Source: Zootoca vivipara (lineage: Eukaryota). From it: a stretch of 64,000 nucleotides of DNA. The first letter of the stretch is position 1. Every line of letters starts with the position of its first letter. This document shows, in pieces, positions 25,001 through 38,011 of the stretch. Both the position numbers and the translations under genes were made by a program. The stretch is from contig NC_083280.1 in assembly GCF_963506605.1 (NCBI RefSeq), positions 82,770,001 to 82,834,000 of the forward strand. The letters are read 5' to 3'. Below the pieces are notes generated by a model. That model was given only the letters and a program-made list of their open reading frames with translations, did no database searches and had not been told where the DNA came from.

Positions 25001-28000
25001 TGCGCATGTGCCTATTCCGAAAAAAATGCTAGAAATTATGTTAGTTAAAGTAGGAGGTAGGTAGAGTGAGCCCATGGCATGATAATAGAACACATTCTGG
25101 GAAATGTGCTCATATCCCAAATCCAGAACTCTTGTGTATTTTTAAAACTCCTGTAAAAAGGTTTTTGTTTTCTTAAGCCCAAAGTGGTGTGGTGTGTGAC
25201 AAGCACACAGAGTGCAATGAGATTGAGTGTTTGTGTGGGGGGGAGGGAGGCTCGGTTAATTTTATTGCACACAGGTTGTACATTGACAGTAAAGGTATTA
25301 TTATTATTACACCCCACGAATCAGATACAAGATTCTGCTACACTGGATATAGAACGAGCAAACAAAGAAATTGAAATGCTGCGGAAGCAATACGAGGCAA
25401 TGTCACAGGAGTTAAAAGAAGCTGTCCAGGAAGCAGAAGTCGCAAAATGCAGAAGAGATTGGGCCTTTCAGGAACGCGACAAGATTGTGGCAGAACGAGA
25501 GAGCATACGGTAAAAAACAACAACAAACAGTTTGACAGTTCTCCCCAGGAGTTTATTTGCAATGTACAGTTGAGGTGCCCTGTTATCTGCTAGGGGCTGC
25601 AGCCGTGTTGCATTCAGTTGAAACTGTTCTCAGGATGGTAGTCCTGAACTAGGGGAAGAAAATAATAGGCAGTAATGTTGGCTTTGTTTTTAAGAGGGAA
25701 AATAGTACAACTGCAATCTGAAAATAAGGGCCCAATTAGCTACTTTTGATTCACATGTTCTCCATGCATGTGGACAACTGGGAGTGGTATGCAAGCTTTA
25801 TATCAGAATATACCCTCTCTCCAGTTTATCCCTCTGCAAGTATTCCAGATTAATAGTAATAAATTTGCATTTTTTTAAAATAGCTCAGTTGGTAGAGCAT
25901 GAGACTCTCTCTCTCTCTCTCTCTCATTTTAATTAATTTTTTCTAATTTACATTTCAAAATAATTCATTTTAGACAACCTTAATTCAATGACTTCCCTTC
26001 TTCTCTTTCCGTGGTTCATTTTGCATACTATACATCCCTGCATATTTTACATGAACTAAACCATTCATGAACCATTGTTACATCGCATCAAAGCTTATTT
26101 ACACTGTTGAAATTATCTTAATGCTTCCAGCGTTTTTAAATGAACACAATTTTCACCCATATATTCAGTAAACATTTTCCAGTCTTCTTTAAATGTATGT
26201 TCTTCTTGTTCTCTTATTCTGTATGTTAAATCTGCAAGCTGTGCATATTCCATCAGTTTAAGTTGCCATTCTTCTTAGGTTGGGATCTTGCTCGTTTTCC
26301 ATTTTTGGGGTAGCAAAACACGGGCTGCAGTAGTAGCATAAATAAATATTCTTTTTTGACACCTGGGAATTTCCCAACAAAATGGACCCTGTTTTTGGGG
26401 GGGAAATGTAATTATTAACATTTTTTTTCCAATTCATTATGTATCATTTCTCAATACTCTTTTACCCTTTTACAAGTCCACGGTAGAGCATGAGATTCTT
26501 AATCTCAGGTTCATGGGTCTGAGCCCCACAATGGGCAAAAAGATTCCTGCATTTCAGAGGGTTGGACTAGATGACCCTCATGGCCCCTTCCAACTACAAT
26601 TCTATGACTCTATTAATTAATTGCACTTAGTATCTTCTTTCTAGCACACTGCCAATGGAGTGAAGTAGAAAAGAGTCTGAAGTCTTGGGAGTACAGGCTG
26701 CTTGTTCCAGTCTGGCACCTGCATCTAATTCGTTGTCTAGCACAAGGCTGTCTTGAAAACAACACCTTGGGTGCTGGTGATATTTTTTAAAAAAGAAGTA
26801 TCTCAATAGATTAACATTTCCTTTCAATTTTTCTCCATTTTGAAGGACTCTGTGTGATAACCTGAGGAGGGAAAGAGACAGAGCAGTGAGCGACCTGGCT
26901 GAGGCTCTTCGCAATCTGGATGATATGAGGAAGCAAAAGAACGACGCTGTGCGTGAATTGAAAGAGCTGAAGTGCGTTCCAGAAACCCCTTCAACGTGTA
27001 ACTCTGACTTGATATTGTATGCTAAGTGTTTTCTTACCTGAGTCCTTGGGGTAGGACAACCTAGAAGGCTGAAAAGAATGTGTATGCGATTTTCCCCTCC
27101 CGTTTTTAAAAATGTTGTTAATTGGCAAACCCGAGGAGGTGTGTGCCAGAATTACATCACAAAATAGCCTATAGCGAAGTAATCAGAGGGCAGGAGAGAG
27201 AGAGAAATGGGAGAAAACAGTTGTATAATCAGGAGGGCAGTTGTACTTGCCTTCAGAACAGGTGGGCCGTGCTGACCATCTCCGCAGATAGCCAGTCTCC
27301 TCCCAGGTGAGCCTTCCAGTAGCATCTGCAGTGGAAATAGAGCAGGCATCCCCAAACTTCGGCCCTCCAGATGTTTTGGACTACAATACCCATCTTCTCC
27401 GACCACTGGTCCTGTTAGCTAGGGATCATGGGAGTTGTAGGCCAAAACATCTGGAGGGCCGCAGTTTGGGGATGCCTGAAATAGAGCAACCTCTATAACT
27501 GGTTTAGTGCCACTACCTGTGCATTTACATATATTCACTTTTTCAATTTCTGGGCTGTCTTTCTGCCAAGATGGCGTCCATGAAACACTGCACACAGATC
27601 TCTCCCTTCTTCTAGCCTTGAAGGGCTAAAAGCCTTCTAAATCTGGGAGAGTGAAGGCGATGACTTGGTGCTGGTGGCGGCAGCAGGTTGGGCAAGCAGA
27701 ATGGGGTGGGGTGGGTGCCCTCTTGAATAGCATTAATGTTCCAAGTACGTGTCGGCATGATTTGTAACCGCTTTATGAAAGAGAAAGGATTCTGGTCTGC
27801 GTTTGCTGCTTCAGTCCCATTTGATGTAAGGTTTCGGATTGCAGACACAACCTCCACTGTCTGTTACATCCCCCCCCCTTACTGTATGCTGTTGATATCT
27901 GCTTTCCTTGCTTGAAGTACTCAGGTGTGTTTCTCCCCATAGAGAGAAGATGGAGAATCAGTTAGAAAAGGAAGCAAGGTTCCGGCAGTTGATGGCCCAC

Positions 28001-29639
28001 AGCTCTCATGATTCAGCCATCGATACGGATTCTTTAGAGTGGGAAACAGAAGTAGTAGAGTTTGAGAAAGACAGGGTAAGACTGAGGTCCTAGTCAAATG
28101 TTACTCTCTTTTGTGTGTAAGAGAGTGTGTCCCATTTGTTGAAGCCTCTCTCTCATCCCCCCCCCCAAAGAAAAAACAGGCACAGAAAACTGGAGGTACA
28201 GTGGTACCTCTGGTTACAAACTTAATTCGTTCCAGAGGTCCGTTCTTAACCTGAAACCGTTCTTAACCTGAGGAACCACTTTAGCTAATGGGGCCTTCCA
28301 CTGCTGCTGCATGGTGGCAGCGCGATTTCTGTTCTCATCCTGAGGTAAAGTTCTTAACCCGAGGTACTACTTCCGGGTTAGCAGAGTCTGTAACCTGAGG
28401 TGTTTGTAACCCGAGGTACCACTGTACTATATAGTCAAAATAATTCGGTTACTTACATTCCGTATGTATACAGAATCACTGCATATAACATATAGCATTT
28501 CATATCCATTAGGAAGATATGGATTTGAAAGCCCTTGGTTTTGATGTGGCCGAAGGTGTGAATGAACCATATCTTCCCGGAGACTGTGGAATATTTGTTA
28601 CCAAAGTGGACAAAGGAAGCATTGCAGATGGTCGATTAAGGTAAAGAATCGGTAGTTTGTCATTTAGTAGCCAGTGCTTATATATAACGTGCATTATAAG
28701 TATAATATATTGGTCCTGTGAGGACAAATTGGGTTGACATGGAGGGTCAGGGGAGGTGACTGTGGTTTCAGGTAATAATGCTTTCAGACACTATGCATGC
28801 TGACATGTAAATTGCAATCAACCTGTGGAGGTAGGGGCTGGGTGAATAGGCTCCCTTTCAATCTGTAGGTTTCTACTGGGTTTGACACACATGTGTACTT
28901 TGATAGGGCATATGATTTTCTCTCCCCACCCTCCAAAAAATAGTGTTGGCAGCAAAGGAGAAGTGGTTGTCAGCATTCTGAAGGTTACTTTCCTGGTTAT
29001 ATTTTTGAAGAGCAGAGCACACCTTTTATGACCTGTAAAAGTCAATCGGCCCATACCCTGTTAGACTTGTGCCCACCATCTGTTGTTAATACTACACCAC
29101 ACTTGGACCAGTGTGATCAGCAGAGTATGCACAGCTTCAACAGAACATCAAGAGTTTTCCTGCTTTCCAGTACTCGGCTTTTTCTAGAGTTCCCAGTTAA
29201 GAAAACTCCTTTCCCACTCAGTTCATCTTAGACTGTAAAGTGTTTATTGTCTCATGGCACAAGACAAACATAAGCATGCCAGCTACGTGAACTTTAAGAC
29301 AGGCATCCCCAAACTTGGCCCTCCAGCTGTTTTGGGACTACAACTGTTGGACTTTCTTCGCCAACAGAGTTTGCACAGTGACTGGGGCGATGGAATAAAA
29401 ACTTGCCTGCAATAACTTTGCTTACTTTATTTTTAAATAATAATCAAACAGCTGCAACTCACCACTCTACACCAGCCAGTACCATACAAAGCATTTGATC
29501 AACTTAAATACAGTTTTCAAAATAATCAATTATTCCATCACATCGCCTTCATTCGGTGCAGCAGGTAAACCCCCCTGCTACTTAAATTGTTAAGATACCT
29601 CAGGTGTGCTGTATTGTCAAGAGCTCACAGATGTGAGGT

Positions 29640-29689
<50 letters not shown>

Positions 29690-32600
29690 TTATTTATTTA
29701 TACGCTGCCCATCTGGCTGGGTTTCCCCAGCCTCTCTTATAATTACAAACACATCTCTGAGTAGCACCATTGACCACATCAATATGAAGAAAACCTAACA
29801 ACAACTCCCATCATCCCTAGCTAACAGGACCAGTGATCAGGGATAATGGGAATTGTAGTCCCAATAACAGCTGGAGAGCCGAGTTTGGGGATGCCTGCTT
29901 TAAGAGATGCTGGTACATCATGAGCTAATCTACTATAATAGAGTTCTTCTGGTCTTAGACGTTAACCTTGTGAAGATGCAAGTATACAGAGAGGTCCGCT
30001 AGCACTTTACCATGCTAGCTCACCATGCTATACTGATCCCTGCAGCATGTAGCCTTCAGCTTCTCCGCTGATACCTTGCACAGAGCAAAACCTTTTCTCA
30101 GTAATGCCTCACACTCCTGCCAAGGCTGCTAAATGCAGCCTTGGCTTTATATCCGCCTCTGCACGGACACACATTCCTTAGGGAAAGGGCAGGTGGATGA
30201 CTCCAGGCATCTAGGCTTGGACTGTTTCTAAGCTACCCAAAGCATCTGGTGTGCTAATTCTAAACACAATCCCAACACAGTGGATGGGCTGCTCAAGACA
30301 TGGACCAGGCACTTAGTGCAGTTTCACCCATTTTTTCCAAATTGCATCAACAGCACATACCCATCAGACAATAATATGGGAAGAGAAATAATGCACAGAT
30401 GTTTTCTGGAAAACTTTGAAAGGGTTGCCTGGTGAAGACATGTGCTGTTAAAAGAGTGTTAACTTGTTTTCGTCAGCACACACCTTGATTCCTAAGTATA
30501 TTACAACTCTGCCATCCAGAGTTTTTTGGGAAGATGCCAAGGTTCTTTTGTTTTCAGCTCCTCTCAATCTTTCAATGTTGCTTTCAAAGTAATTACTCTA
30601 AAAGGGGTTGCTTAAAAAGTAGCTAAGAGACTGATCTGTAAACCAGAAATTCTCCATCCGTACAGCTTTTGGCAGAAATATTTCTACTTCATATGAGCTG
30701 TACCTAAATGCTGATTCAGAAAAAATTATGAGACATGTTCTCTCTGTCTGATGAATGTGAAAGATGCTGCAATCCTTAAGGAATCCTTAATCGATGTCCT
30801 GACAAAAATAGAGCAATCACCAAACCGTTCTCCTGAAACCAAGAAATGAATTAAGATATTGTTGTATATCATGGCATTAGAAGTGTCTGCATTTCACTTG
30901 GATTAATCATTGCTTATAAGCACATGTAGGATAAACGGAAATTGATTTCCTCGCCTTTGTTCTAATTAATCAGAGTGAATGATTGGCTGCTGAAGATAAA
31001 TGATGTGGACCTTACCAACAAGGATAAGAAGCAAGTAATAAAAGCGGTACTTAACGGCGGAGGAGTTATAAATATGGTTGTTCGCAGAAGGAAGTCCTTA
31101 GGAGGGAAAGTGATAACACCACTACACATAAATCTTGCTGGCCACAAAGGTAATTAATTTCAGTGATGAGTTCATGGTATTGTTTCACACATTCCCCAGT
31201 GAAATTTCTATACCACCCTTCATCTGAAGATCACAATATAAAAACACAAAAATATATACCATAGTAACGAACAAAGTAACCTATGCACCTATCTTCTCAA
31301 TTTCAGATAGTGGAATTGGTCTAGAAAATGGAGTATTTGTTGCTACTGTAGTGCCTGGTAGCCCAGCTGCCAAAGAGGGATCCCTTGCAGTGGGAGATAG
31401 AATAATTGCCGTAAGTCACATTTTTAGTGTTTCTTAGTTCACGTTTGAGAATTGAGGTATAGTATATAGAAATACACACAAACCTCGGTTTGCAACCGCC
31501 TCCATTTGCGACTGCTTCGGTTTCCGACCACTGCGGACCCGGAAGTGTTTACATCCGGGTTCTGCGGCGCTCGGATGCGCAGAAGCGATCTGCAGAGCAT
31601 GTGTGTGCACGTGCAGAAGCGCTCTATCGGCGCTTCACACACGCGCAGAAGCGTGCCCCAGGGAGCGACGAACTCGGGGAGCGACCGGCTCCCCGGAACC
31701 AATTGTGGTCGTAAACGGAGGTATGACTGTATCTGAACTGAGATTCAGATATTATGACAAATTACAGTTCAAATCCCCGCAATGGGCTGAGCTGCCGTTG
31801 CTTGGTCCCAGCTCCTGCCCACCTAGCATTTCAAAAGCACGTCAAAGTGCAAGTAAATAAATAGGTACCGCTCCAGCGGGAAGGTAAACAGCGTTTCCGT
31901 GTGCTGCTGTGGTTCGCCAGAAGCAGCTTAGTCATGCTGGCCACATGACCTGGAAGCTGTACGCCAGCTCCCTCGACCAATAGAGCGAGATGAGCGCCAC
32001 AACCCCAGAGTTGATCACGACTGGACCTAATGGTCAGGGGTCCTTTTACCTTTTTACAGTTTGTGCTAATAAAACCATGATTTGTGCTACCGAACATCCA
32101 GGCAATGCATGCTTTAAGAGCTACTAGTCTGTTTTAGAATTTCATCTGCTTAGCACTCCAGTCTATAAGACACAGTGGTTTTCACATCCCTACTTTGCAT
32201 AAACCATGGTTTGCAAGACTTACTTCAAACTATGGTTTCGGGCTTTGGCTTGCAGTTTGCCAAAAAGCCATAGTTTGTCTATTCAGATATCACACCAAAA
32301 CATAATTAGATTCCTTGACCATGTTTTTGTGTGCCAGTAAGAGACAAACTATATGTTTCATGATATATCCAAGGCTTTGCAGAAATAAATCTTTTCTGAT
32401 GATGTAATCTGGCACCGATAATGATGGCTCCCTGAAAAGCATGGTTTGTAATTTGGGGCTCCAGCTTTGAATCCAACGCTGTCCAAGTTTTCAGTCATTG
32501 TTACACAAGGTTTCCATGGTTCCCAAGGAGTCATGCTTAGTTTAGGCTCATATGCAAACACATGAGAAGTGAAGGGATGGAGTAATGCTCTTTAGAGGGA

Positions 32601-35600
32601 GTGGGAACATAAATCATCCAAGTCTAAGAACATTGAACAGCCAGAAGGCCCATGTACCCCAGCATCCTGTTCTCACAGTGGTTATGCAGATACTGGTAGG
32701 AAACCTGTGTCTGATACCTAATTTGCAGTTTGTAGGAGTTGAGCATAGTGAATACCACATGATAGTATTGCTTTGAGGCAGCCTGGCATTTATCTTTATT
32801 GAATGTCAGCCAGCCAAATTGTTGACCCACTCCTAGCTTTTGCATGGTTGATATGCCATACTTTCATTGCAGATAAATGGCATTGCACTAGATAATAAAT
32901 CACTGACTGAATGTGAAGCTTTGCTGCGAAACTGCAGGGAATCACTTACGCTTTCATTGATGAAGGTGAGTGTTGAAGGCGGTGGGAGGTAAAAGGGAGT
33001 AAAGGACACACCTTCCATTTTAAAACATGGGCTTACTTGCATCTACTGCATAGCTGTTAAAAATACTGCCTAACAAGCTGCAAATTATACCAGCAGGAAG
33101 AAGAGGGCAGAGCACAACAAGATGCTGCAATCTTAGCATTCTGCTGAGAGCATGTTCTTTTTTATTTCTCCACCTAGGTTTTTCCTCAGAGCTCAAGCTC
33201 ATCTTGGAGTGGTCAAAACATATTTGAAAACCTCAAGGATTCAGAGAAAATATCAAACTGCAGGGTCCATGCATCGGAGGTGCAGGCTCAGAATAAAAGA
33301 AACTTAAAACACAACAGCTCAACCCAAACAGACATTTTCAATCCAGACATAATGGACACCAAGAAGGATCAGAATGATCAGGACAGCAACTTATACTGCG
33401 ATCTCAAACCATTCTCCAACACGGTTTTGCACACAGAGTCTCACCAGAGTGCAGTCCATGGGTGCCACAGTACCTCTGAACACAGCCTAGGCTCCTTTAG
33501 TCCAGATGTGTTTCGGGAACCAAGCTATGGCATTGTTGGTCTGGACAGCAGGAGACTGCCTTTTGAGTCCACAGTAGCAGACTGCATGGTGATTGAGAGT
33601 GTGTTGGACAAAGGGCATGGTGAGAAGCACAGCGGTGGCACTTGGCCCAAGATAATGGTCAACATTACTGCTGCAGAAACAGAAAAATTCTCTGTGTACA
33701 AAAAGCCAAAACAACGGAAGTCCATTTTTGATCCGGACACTTTCAAGAGGCCTCTGACTCCTCCTAAGATGGACTACTTGTCGCCCAGTCAGGTGTTGGG
33801 ACATTCACCCCAGCCCTCCAAAACGGAAACCATTTCCACCCCTCCCACCCCTCCCAAGAGAAGCGATTCTATTAAGTTCAAACACAAACAGCAAGCAAGT
33901 TCCACCTCGGACTCCACCGCCATGACCGGCTCGCCACCATCCAGTCCTGCCACAGCTCAGCCTCCTGTGTCCATTGAACTCAAGCCAGATTGTGGTATTC
34001 ATAAGGGGCGAGGTAGACCTTCTGGACATTATTACAGGGAAGAGGGGGTTGACACTGCACATTTGCCTTCAAGGAAATCCTATGAAGATGACATTGGTTT
34101 TCAAAGAATGGAAGAGCCCAAAATTAAAAGGCCAAGGCCCAAGTCTGCTCCTGCCTTGAGACATAAACTAACCCCTGTGCCTATTCCTAATCCACCTCAT
34201 CAGGTAGATACGAGAATGTGAAGTGTGGGTCCTGGCACATATTTTCCAAAGTGATTTATTTGTGTGGTGTACCTTTTCTGCATCAAGGCAAAGAGCAAAA
34301 GAAAAGGGTTAACTGGTTGTCCTACGTGTATGCTTAAGATCCCAGGAATTGGAAGTTGAAATGAAGTGGAACATTTGTGGGGCAGTTACACACATGGTAG
34401 TTGCCTTTACTAGGAAGCAAAACCCCATAATGCAGAAGTGGCCCATTAGCAACCTGTAGTCAAGATCCAACCCTAAGGCAGTTTACATTTGAGCCCTTGG
34501 TTGAACTTCCAATTTGTAATCAGATTATGATAGATTAACTCACAGTTCCACTTGTAGGGTGGGATTCATCAAGCTGTAAAGAGAAGCTGTTCTCCATTTT
34601 GATATTACGTCTTGCATGTAAATATGAAATTGTATACAGTGGTGCCTCGCTAGACGAATGCCCTGTTAGACAAATTTTCCGCTATACGAATAGGTTTTGC
34701 AATCAGAGGTTGCCTCGCAAGATGACGAGGTTTTCTATGGCCGCCGCATCGTCTTGCAAAGCGTGGCCATAAAAACCTCCGATCACAAAACCTACATTTG
34801 TCTAGTGATAGGGGCATTTGTCTAGTGAAAGGGGAACCAGCTGTAGCAAGGGAAGAAGGCAAAGGAAGATCAGCTGTCAGCGCCTCTCAGCTGATTTTTC
34901 TTTGCCTTTTTCCCGCGCTGCAGCTGGTTCCCCTTTGTGTTCCGCTGGTCTCTGCCGATGAGGGTCAACCAGCAGAACACAAAGGGCTGTAGCGCGGGAA
35001 GAAGGGGGGGGAGAAGTGGAGGAACGGATCCGTTCCTCCACTTCTCCCCCCCGCCGCCATGCCACGGACACCCAGGAGCATCGGACAGTGTTTCGGAGAA
35101 GCACTGCGCCTCTCTGAAGCCCCGTCTGATGTTGGCTTTGTGCCAGGCAGCGGGAGAAGCGGTTCCTCCGTTTCTCCCGCCGCAGCCTGTGACACAGCTG
35201 TTTGCCTCAGCAGCCGCCGCCTGACAAGCAGAGGAACCGCTTCTCCCCGCCGCCTGGCACAAAGCTGGCATGGGACGGGGCTTGCCGGCTCTGTCAGGCG
35301 GGGGTGAGGGAAAGCGGAGGATCGCCCCCGCCTCGCCCGACAGAGCTGGCATTTGTTGGTGCTGCGGGGGGCTTTTCGCCGCCTGCTTTCCCCTTGGCTT
35401 GGGGAAGGCAGGCGGCGAAACACCCCGCTTTCTCCCGCTCACCTCAGCGGCGGGCTTTCTCTTGCTCGCCCTCAGGCCGACCCGGGATCGGCCGTATCAG
35501 CGCCGATCTGTTACCTCCATGGATGTGGACAGGCTGCTTGGATGAGTGAAACCGACCACCTGTCTCTTTGATCCTTGCCCATCCTGGCTCCTAAAAGCGA

Positions 35601-37961
35601 GCCAGAAAGGGCTGGGTGATGGGCTCCACGGGGTGGTGAATGCTTCCCTCTGTGAGGGAGCCTTCCCAGACCTGCTGAAAGAGGCGGTTATTAAATCGCT
35701 TCTTAAAAAAACATATTCGGACCCCACCAATATGGCCAACTATTGGTCAGTCTCAAATCTTCCATTCTTGGGCAAGGTGATTGAGCAGGTGGTTGCGCAA
35801 CTCCAGGCATGCCTGGAGGGTGCAGACCATTTGGATCCCTTCCAATCAGGATTCAGGCCTCACCATAGGACTGAAACTGCCTTGGTCGCGCTGGTTGATG
35901 ATCTCCGGCGGGCTAGGGACAAAGGTGAAAGCTGTTTGCTAGTTCTTCTGGATCTCTCAGCGGTCTTTGATACCATCGACCACAACATCCTTCTGGACCG
36001 GCTAGAGGGGCTGAGAGCTGGGGGCACTGTTATACAGTGGTTCTGCTCCTTCCACCTGGGCTGTGTTCAGAAAGTGGTATTGGGGATAAGTGTTCTAATT
36101 CCTGGGTTCTCGCTTGTGGGGTGCCTCAGGGTTCCGTCCTCTCCCCCATGCTTTTTAATATCTATATGAAGCTGCTGGGAGAGATCATCAGGGGGTTGGG
36201 GCTGGGTGTTCATCAGTTTGCAGATGATACCCAGCTCTACCTCTCTTTCAAATCAGAACCAGTGAAGGCGGTGAAGGTCCTGTGTGAGTGTCTGGAGGTG
36301 GTTGGAGGATGGATGGCGGTTAATGGATTGAGGTTGAATCCTGACAAGACAGAAGTACTGTTTTGGGGGGATTGGGTGGGTGGGTATTGAAGGACTCCCT
36401 GGTCCTGAATGGGTTAACTGTGCCCCTGCAGGACCAGGTGCGCAGCCCGGGAGTCATTTTGGATTCACAGCTGTCCATGGAGGTGCAGGTTAATTCTGTG
36501 TCCAGGGCAGCTGTCTACCAGCTCCATCTGGTATGCAGGCTGAGACCCTACCTGCCCGCAGACTGTCACTAACAGACTTACCATACCCATTAGCCAATCA
36601 CCCATTCCTTCCCCCCTGCCCCCATTATATATAAGGGTCTGATGACTTCTGTTTCAGTGTATCTGAAGAAGTGTGCATGCATACAAAAGCTTATACCTGA
36701 AACTACTCAGTTGGTCTCTAAGGTGCTACATTATCATTTTTAATTTTTTTGGAAGGATTCTTTTAAAGACTTCCTTAGATCATATAACTTTCTTGACGAC
36801 TTGATTCTTTTAAGGGAATTTTTAGGTTTTTAAGAAGAGTCTTTTTAACTATCTTTTTAAAGAACTGTTTTAATTTATTTTGACTATGGCAGACCAACAT
36901 GGCTACCTACTTGAATCTCAGTTAGATATCTTTTGTGCAACAAAATATGCTGGGCCACTGTTTGGAGAACAGTATAACCCCTCTGTGAATCTAGATGTTG
37001 GTCATCCCTGCCATGCTGGATACCAGAATAATGACTTTGAGTTGAAAGTGTGTGTGATACTAAACTTTCCCCACAGGTACAAAAATACACTCCAGCAAGT
37101 GAAGAGCATCTTTCTCCTGAGCTGCAAGAATGGCCAATGTATTCACCAAAACAGTCTGGTAGGCACAGTGATGGGTTTGTCCCTACCTCTTTATACCCTG
37201 GAAGCCTGTCATCAGGTTAGTAACAACATACAAACTGTGTGTTGAATTGAAATCTTGAATCCTTGGTATGCAGAGGCACTATCATTTATGTAGTTACGGG
37301 ATGCATTTTTTTATTATTGTTGAATGAACCTTCAGCACTTAATTAATGTACTGTTCTACAACCTATAGGTACGGTACCAAGAAACATTGCACCATGTCCT
37401 GCAGTAACAGCTGTTATGAGAAATCCTGTTTACACTGCTTGGAGCCATAGAGTTAACACCAGCAATTGCCCTTCTGTTGCCAGCCAATATTGTTATCAGC
37501 ATCTGCATCCCAGGTATGTAAAAGAAAAAAGAACCTTTGCTGGATCTAACTGAAAGTCTAGCTGTTCTTCTATTCTGCTTTCAGCAGTGTCCAAGCACAA
37601 GTGTCGGTGCTGACCTTTAAAGCCCTAAATGGCCTCGGCCCAGTATACCTGAAGGATTGTTTCCACCCCCAGCTGAGATCCAGCTCCGAGGGCCTTCTGG
37701 CCATTCCCTCACTGTGAGAAGTGAGGTTATAGGGAACCAGGCAGAGGGCTTTCTTGGTAGTGGTGCCCGCTTGGTGGAACGCGCTCCCATTAGATGTCAA
37801 GGAAATAAACTATCTGACTTTTAGAAGACATCTGAAGGCAACCCTGTATCGGGAAGTTTTTAATGTTTGACCTTTTATCGTGTTTTTAATACTCTGTTGG
37901 GAGCCGCCCACAGTAGCTGGGGAAACCCAGCCAGATAGACAGGGTATAAATAATAATAATA

Positions 37962-38011
<50 letters not shown>

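Noticed and set aside
30050-30277. Possible second LTR ending cccaaca
   Set aside because: Could not find a matching TG start or TSD.
34870-35571. Many overlapping ORFs up to 190 aa
   Set aside because: Explained by high GC and inverted repeats; no protein features.
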